Below the pieces are notes generated by a model. The model ran no database searches and was not told the DNA's origin. It was given only the letters and a program-made list of their open reading frames with translations. A program made the translations under genes and the position numbers. A stretch of DNA of 17,511 nt from an uncultured Pseudomonadota bacterium (GTDB taxonomy: Bacteria > SAR324 > NAC60-12), in contig CAJWCD010000078.1 of the NCBI GenBank assembly GCA_913020725.1, forward strand, positions 1-17,511, read 5' to 3'. Each line of letters starts with the position of its first letter. Position 1 is the first letter of the stretch. Of the stretch, positions 16,218-17,511 are shown piece after piece.

Positions 16218-16469
16218 TTATTTGACCTCTCCACCAATCAAGGGAGGTCTTGTTTTCACCTGCATTTGGAGGGCTTCGTTGCTGACATGAAAAAAAGTGT
16301 CTGACAGTCGAGCTTTGGTGAGGCTGGCCAGAGCCGGCACGCACCGCTGCAAGCGGCGGGGTATTAGACCCGGTTCTGCGCAATAAAAGACGGATTCAAA
16401 AACGTATAAATCGTTTCCACGGTCCCCGTGGGAATGCCTATCTTGCATAATGAAAATGGTGTCTTTCAT
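16218..16469 (-). CDS. Hypothetical protein, probably the 5' fragment (about 35 codons) of a gene interrupted near 16365
   Basis: Purine-rich RBS (AAGGGGGGAAG) and ATG 9 bp after the aldolase stop. The reading frame then runs into the IS-like hairpin. Confidence 0.4.
   Translation of the reverse strand: MKDTIFIMQDRHSHGDRGNDLYVFESVFYCAEPGLIPRRLQRCVPALASLTKARLSDTFFHVSNEALQMQVKTRPPLIGGEVK
16222..16366. mobile_element. Possible IS200/IS605-type end remnant (no transposase)
   Basis: Hairpin CACCGCTGC-AA-GCGGCGGGG-TATTA at 16342-16366 resembles a CCCCGCCGCAAGCGGCGGGGTATT-type subterminal palindrome that I associate with IS200/IS605 ends. A second stem GACCTCTC...GGGAGGTC lies at 16224-16249. Confidence 0.4.
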
Positions 16470-16478
16470 CTTCCCCCC

Positions 16479-17261
16479 TTAATCGATGAATTTAGAGGCG
16501 ACCTCAACACTGGCATCGTCATGAATAATAGCGGCTAGAGCAGCGGTCATGCCTGCCACATTGTCATGGCCCCAGATATTGCGTCCCATGGTGATGCCAA
16601 CCGCACCAGAATCCATCGCGTCACGAACCATCCCCAGGATGTCGAGAGAAGATTCGGCCTTGACTCCCCCAAGAATAAGCACAGGAACGGTACAATTGTC
16701 AACAAGCGCTTTGAAACTTTCCTTATCGCCGGTGTAAAAAGATTTCACAAAATCGGCACCGGTTTCGCTGGTAATGCGACAGGCCGCAGCGGTCGTTTCC
16801 GGTGTCCTCTTATGAGCACTCGGCCAACCGTAAGGAATGGCCTCTACCATCAAAGGCAATCCCCATTTGTGGCATTCTGCCGCCAAAGCCACCATATTCA
16901 GAATGGTCTCTTTGCCAGTATAGCTGCCAAAATATTCGTCTTCACGTTCGCACCAAGGATAGACTTCCGCCTTGATGCCGTCTGCACCCAAGCGAATCGC
17001 AGATTCCACAAGGGAACCGACAGTTTGGGGAGTGGGGTCCACACTCAACCACAATCCCCCGTTCCCTATCACCTCTGCCGAACCCACTGCCGTTCCATAA
17101 GGAACCAAAATGGCGTCAGCCCCTGCACCGATGACCTCACCAATGATTGTATTGGGATCTTTCAGTCCAGTGATCGTATCAAATGCCCGCGAATGATCCA
17201 TAGCGACTACAAGAGCACGTCCAGAGTCTCGAAACAGCCGTCTTTCCCGCAAAGTTTTCAT
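16479..17261 (-). CDS. Class I aldolase, DhnA/LsrF/archaeal-type FBP aldolase family
   Basis: ALVVAMDH, GADAIL, AIRLGADG, CHKWGLPLMVEA, Schiff-base Lys in GADFVKSFYTGD, PVLILGG, GAVGITMGRNIW; GAGGA RBS upstream. Confidence 0.9.
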   Translation of the reverse strand: MKTLRERRLFRDSGRALVVAMDHSRAFDTITGLKDPNTIIGEVIGAGADAILVPYGTAVGSAEVIGNGGLWLSVDPTPQTVGSLVESAIRLGADGIKAEVYPWCEREDEYFGSYTGKETILNMVALAAECHKWGLPLMVEAIPYGWPSAHKRTPETTAAACRITSETGADFVKSFYTGDKESFKALVDNCTVPVLILGGVKAESSLDILGMVRDAMDSGAVGITMGRNIWGHDNVAGMTAALAAIIHDDASVEVASKFID

Positions 17262-17402
17262 ATCAATTATTCCTCTTTAAATTTTTCTGGTTTGCATTGT
17301 AGGGGGCATAAGACCCCCCTCAAAGATTGAAGTCAGAAAGACTCCCTATTCCCTGACATATAATATACAGTGGCACTTTTTGGATTCCGGGAGCCTACTG
17401 TA

Positions 17403-17511
17403 GGGTCTGCTGAAAAAGTCACGAAAGCACAAATATTTTTCACTTCACCAAAAGCGAAGAGAAAAATACATTGGAAATCAGATAGTTGGTGGAATGGGGA
17501 TTCCCGCATCG
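17403..17511. mobile_element. Possible terminus of an IS5-family element extending beyond the window
   Basis: TA-GGGTCTGCTGAAAAAGTC at 17401-17420 resembles GGGYYTGCTGAAWAA-type IS5-family terminal inverted repeats as I recall them. No partner IR or transposase lies inside the window. Confidence 0.45.

Noticed and set aside
17301..17320. GC hairpin upstream of the aldolase as an intrinsic terminator
   Set aside because: Only about a 6-bp stem with no adjacent U-tract on either strand.
17371..17385. TGGCAC as a sigma54 -24 box
   Set aside because: No GC at the -12 position (sequence reads TGGCACTTTTTGGAT).

Overview
Bacterial, GC-rich, Gram-negative chromosomal window (waaF present). No CRISPR array, integrase, intact transposase or defence system is visible. 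Gene order: 5'-truncated FdrA-family gene and DUF2877 gene; murA with Asp in place of the catalytic Cys; a DUF924 gene (-); a degenerate tRNA-Arg(CCT) (-); a decayed MazE/MazF-like toxin-antitoxin scar containing a near-consensus sigma70 promoter; a VWA/TPR (BatB/C-like)-BatD-murF run followed by a multiply inactivated acetylpolyamine amidohydrolase pseudogene; PhyH dioxygenase, small lipoprotein, waaF and tRNA-Leu(CAG). On the minus strand follow a SAM methyltransferase and a hydantoinase B/oxoprolinase subunit with its own promoter and operator-like repeats, an unexplained 83-bp structured inverted-repeat element, and a more AT-rich class I aldolase segment between two IS-end-like sequences. 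The most interesting signals are small ones: the Asp-type MurA, the decayed tRNA/TA scar that may supply the promoter for the murF-containing run, and the bistable-looking element at 15954-16036. I do not see strong evidence for a complete new multi-gene system. All family calls come from motif recognition by eye, not database searches.
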